From positions 15,551 to 79,550 of the forward strand of contig RHPI01000984.1 in the NCBI GenBank assembly GCA_009103225.1: a DNA stretch of 64,000 nucleotides, in the 5' to 3' direction. The stretch's first letter is position 1; the number at the start of each line of letters is the position of its first letter. Positions 60,645 to 64,000 of this stretch are shown here, in pieces. Source of the stretch: Chlorokybus atmophyticus. Its lineage: Eukaryota > Plantae > Mesostigma and Chlorokybus algae. The notes beneath the pieces were generated by a model that worked only from the letters and a program-made list of their open reading frames with translations, did not search any database and was not told the origin of the DNA. The translations under genes and the position numbers were made by a program.

Positions 60645-63600
60645 TCAATAAATAGCTGACATTGAAGCAGACTTGCTTCCGTCCTCCTCCTCTTCCGCCG
60701 CCTCCCGCTGGTGCTGCTGCAGCACAGCCACAACAGCAGGAGCCAACCTACTGACAGATTCCGGCAGCAATGTCAAGTCTTCGCACCCGGTTAGGTCCAA
60801 CTGTTGCAGAGCAGCGAGGTTGCCGAAGGACTCCGGCAGCGATGCTAAGCTGATGCACCCGGTTAGGTCCAACTGTTGCAGAGCAGCGAGGTTTCCAAAG
60901 GACTCCGGCAGCGACGGCATGCCTACGCACGAGTTCAGGTCCAACCATTGCAGAGCAGCGAGGTTGCTGAAGGACTCCGGCAGCAACCCCAAGCTGTGGC
61001 AGGAGTTCAGGTTTAACCATTGCAGAGCAGCGAGGTTGCCAAAAGACTCCGGCAGCAACGCCAAGTTGACGCACGCGCGTAGGTCCAATCTTTGCAGAGC
61101 AGCGAGGTTGCTGAAGGACTCCGGCAGCAACCCCAAGCTGTGGCAGGAGTTTAGGTTCAACCATTGCAGAGCAGCGAGGTTGCCAAAAGACTCCGGCAGC
61201 AACGCCAAGTTGACGCACCCGCTTAGGTCCAATTTTTGCAGAGCAGCAAGGTTGCCGAAGGACTCCGGCAGCGACGCCAAGCTTACGCACACCCGCAGGT
61301 CCAACCCTTGCAGCGCAGCGAGGTTGCCGAAGGACTCTGGCAGCAACGCCAAGCTGTCGCAAAATTTCAGGTCCAGCTCCTGCAGAGCAGCGAGCTTGCC
61401 GAAGGACTCCGGCAGCGACGCCAAGCTGTCGCAAATTTCCAGGTCCAACCCTTGCAGAGCAGCGAGCTTGCCAAAAGACTCCGGCAGTGACGCCAAGCTG
61501 TCGCAAAAATTCAGGTCCAACCATTGCATAGCAGCGAGCTTGCCAAAGGACTCCGGCAACGCCGCCAAGCTTTTGCACCCACTCAGGTCCAGCACTTGCA
61601 GCTCAGCGAGTTCACCAAAGGATTCCGGCAGCGCCGCCAAGCTTTCGCACCCACTCAGGTCCAGCACTTGCAACTCAGAGAGTTCACCAAAGGAGTCTGG
61701 CAACGCCGCCAAGCTTTCGCACCCACTCAGGTCCAGCACTTGCAACTCAGAGAGTTCACCAAAGGAGTCTGGCAACGCCGCCAAGCTTGTGCACTTACTC
61801 AGGTCTAGCACTTGCAACTCGGCGAGTTTGCTGACAGACTCGGGGAGCATGCTCAAACGCCATGCAGTGAGATGCAGAGCCTGTAGCCTAGTAAGCTCGC
61901 CAAGCACAGGCACCTCCTTTAGAACTAGACGGTTCTGTCTGTAATTGCCAGTGGGGTAAACCCGCAGCTCCAGGACTTGCAGCTCCTTGAGGTTTCCTAA
62001 GAACTCAGTCCGCAGCCTTTTGACATTGAATCTGGTGATGGTTACATGTACGATGAGGACGACCAATGTTGTGTGTGCAGCGCGGCATTGCATAAGAAAT
62101 TGTTCAAGGCTGAACAGCTCGCACTTTTCCACTCCAGATATACCAGGTCTTTAAAAACCCACTTGGTCACGAAAAATGCTTTTCTGATTGGTTGCACGAA
62201 AGAGTCGCACGCAGTAGTTGCACGCAAGAGTCGCACGCAGCAGCCTTCTTTCTTCCTTGTTTCTCTTTGTTGTTGGCACGCAAGAGTGTGAGTGTAAACT
62301 TCGCCATCCCAATCAATCGTGCCAAGGTCCAGCATGTGGAGGCGGGGCATGAAGGCCATGCCTCGCAATGGTGGGCTCCTATTGACACCAGTCCAGGACA
62401 TAGTCTCGGCGTTGTCAAAGCCCTGCATGCAACAACAATGCAATGAACAGCAATACACACGTGTTCACTCCACCAGTGTGTTGTAACACACTCCTAGAAC
62501 ACCGTGGATTGCAAGTTCTCATTGGATGCATGCAAGCAATCCTTGACAGGCCAGTAGAACGGGACATGAGGTGAAGGAACCATGACGGAACGTGGGCATT
62601 GCAAGCACCTTCATGGACTTGGCGCTCAATGCCATTGGCGACCAGATGTGCCTGGGCGGGTTGGCACAATTGGCAATCATTCGCCCCATGTCCCGAAGTT
62701 GGTCATGCACCGAAAGGAATTTACTTTTGCCATAACGCAGATTAAAATAACGCAACTTGAACATTCGGTGATGTTCGGACAAATCATCCAGGGCTCCACT
62801 TAAGCGAACGAGGGACCATTCCACCAGGCAATTCAGCGCATCTGACCCGCCCCACGCTGGAAGCAGCATGTCCTTGCTCTTCCCCAACGCAAAGCAGCAG
62901 ATATCCAAAAACACTTGCTGCGTCTCGGGTTGTAGGTAGTCGTAGCTGAGCTTGAGCTTGTCCCAGAGCTTGTTGTCAGCTGTACCTGCCACTGCGGTTG
63001 CCTGCTGCAGTCGCCACAGTGCGTCTTTCCAAGCCTGCACATCACCCTTTCTGCGCGTGTGGAGAAAGGAGCCCACGACCTCCAGTGCAAGCGGCAGGCC
63101 CTCACAAGCCTTAATGATATCTTGAACAATGGTCTCCAGATCTGCAGGCACTACTTGCGATCTGAAGGCATGTTGACAGAACAGTTCTCTAGGGTACTGA
63201 CCGTCAAGCGGACCAACGTCCTCCACCAACATATGCTTCTCATGCCCCTTGATTAAGTTGCAACTACGAGAGGTCACCAGCACACGACTGCCGGTACCAA
63301 GCAGAGGGCTGGCGTCCTCCAAACCGAAAGGACCAAGCAGGGCTGCTTCTTGATCATTACTCCAAATGTCATCAACAACGAGCAGCACCTTCTGCCCTTG
63401 CAAGCGTGCCTTGAGAGTTGCCTTTCCTTCAGCAATGGAGTTGAATTTATAACTAGAGTTGGGACCACTCCCAAGCTGTTCAAGCATCTGCTGTTGCAGC
63501 TGTACCAGCCTCCCATTATCTTGACATGGTTCGTTTCCGACCTCTAGAAAGCAGCAGCTGCCAGCAAATGTGCTGCGCAGCTTGTTGTAGATTGCCATTG

Positions 63601-63979
63601 CCAGCGTAGTCTTCCCAATGCCACCCATGCCCCATAGCCCTAGTAAGACGACCTTGCTTCCTCTGGTAGCAGCACTCAACTTCTCGAGTACAGCTTTAAC
63701 GCGGCGATCGATGTCCACCGGGTTTGCGGCAACATCCAAAGGTGGGCGGTCCAACGTTTCCAGCACGTCGTCCACCACTTTCTTGGCTAAACAAACCGGG
63801 TCACTGACAAACAATAGCAACCATCAGGAAACCGCACATGACAACCTTAGTGGAGATGTTTCCCAGTGACACCTTACCCATTCTCAAGCCTCAGGCCCGT
63901 TTTTCCAAATGCTTCTGCGAGCGCATCACGGTATGCAGACTCATTCTGGATATATCGCTGCTGGCCACTCAGGCATGCG
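60645..63979 (-). CDS. TIR(tail)-NB-ARC-LRR (TNL-type) immune receptor, 5'-truncated by the window edge, with one apparent 2-bp frameshift
   Basis: Exons 63979-63878, 63803-62609 and 62422-60645. Motifs: P-loop GMGGIGKTT, kinase-2 VLLVVDDIW, GSRVLVTSR, GLPLAL, RNBS-D FLDICCF, VHDQLRDMGR. TIR-like C-terminal helices YRDALAEA..G..L.NGD..LAKKVVDDVL. 16 LP(E/D)S LRR units. Confidence 0.9.
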
Positions 63980-64000
63980 CTGAAAGCACAAAACGTGTTT

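Noticed and set aside
60673-61944. 423-aa plus-strand ORF and other overlapping frames
   Set aside because: Antisense shadows of the repetitive LRR coding sequence.

Overview
Eukaryotic, intron-rich, roughly 50% GC DNA. Intron style and CCCTAA repeats suggest a green alga or another non-seed green lineage, but the organism cannot be determined from sequence alone. Two paralogous plant-type immune-receptor LRR genes sit at the window ends and face each other. The left one (+) is only a 3' LRR part. The right one (-) is a TIR-tail/NB-ARC/LRR (TNL-type) gene. About 55 kb of nested, mostly dead transposons lies between them: two half-copies of one Ty3/Gypsy chromovirus, a SET-domain pseudogene in transposon-like DNA, a CACTA/EnSpm transposase carrying a solo LTR and a complete hAT element (16-bp TIRs, 8-bp TSD), a PHD-bearing Gypsy integrase, and a 6.3-kb direct duplication. 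The top finding is at 55.9-57.9 kb (-), directly downstream of the TNL on the same strand. Four exons there splice cleanly into an EDS1/PAD4-family EP domain (LRDFW..LPPD..W..FRLMVEPIDIANYY..HYLEADNRPEYY), preceded by class-3 lipase remnants. The EDS1 family is, to my knowledge, reported only from seed plants, so a TNL-linked lipase-EP gene in an alga-like genome would be notable. Several genes carry single frameshifts, which may be real decay or assembly errors. Assembly gaps (n) occur at 2648-2650 and 55766.
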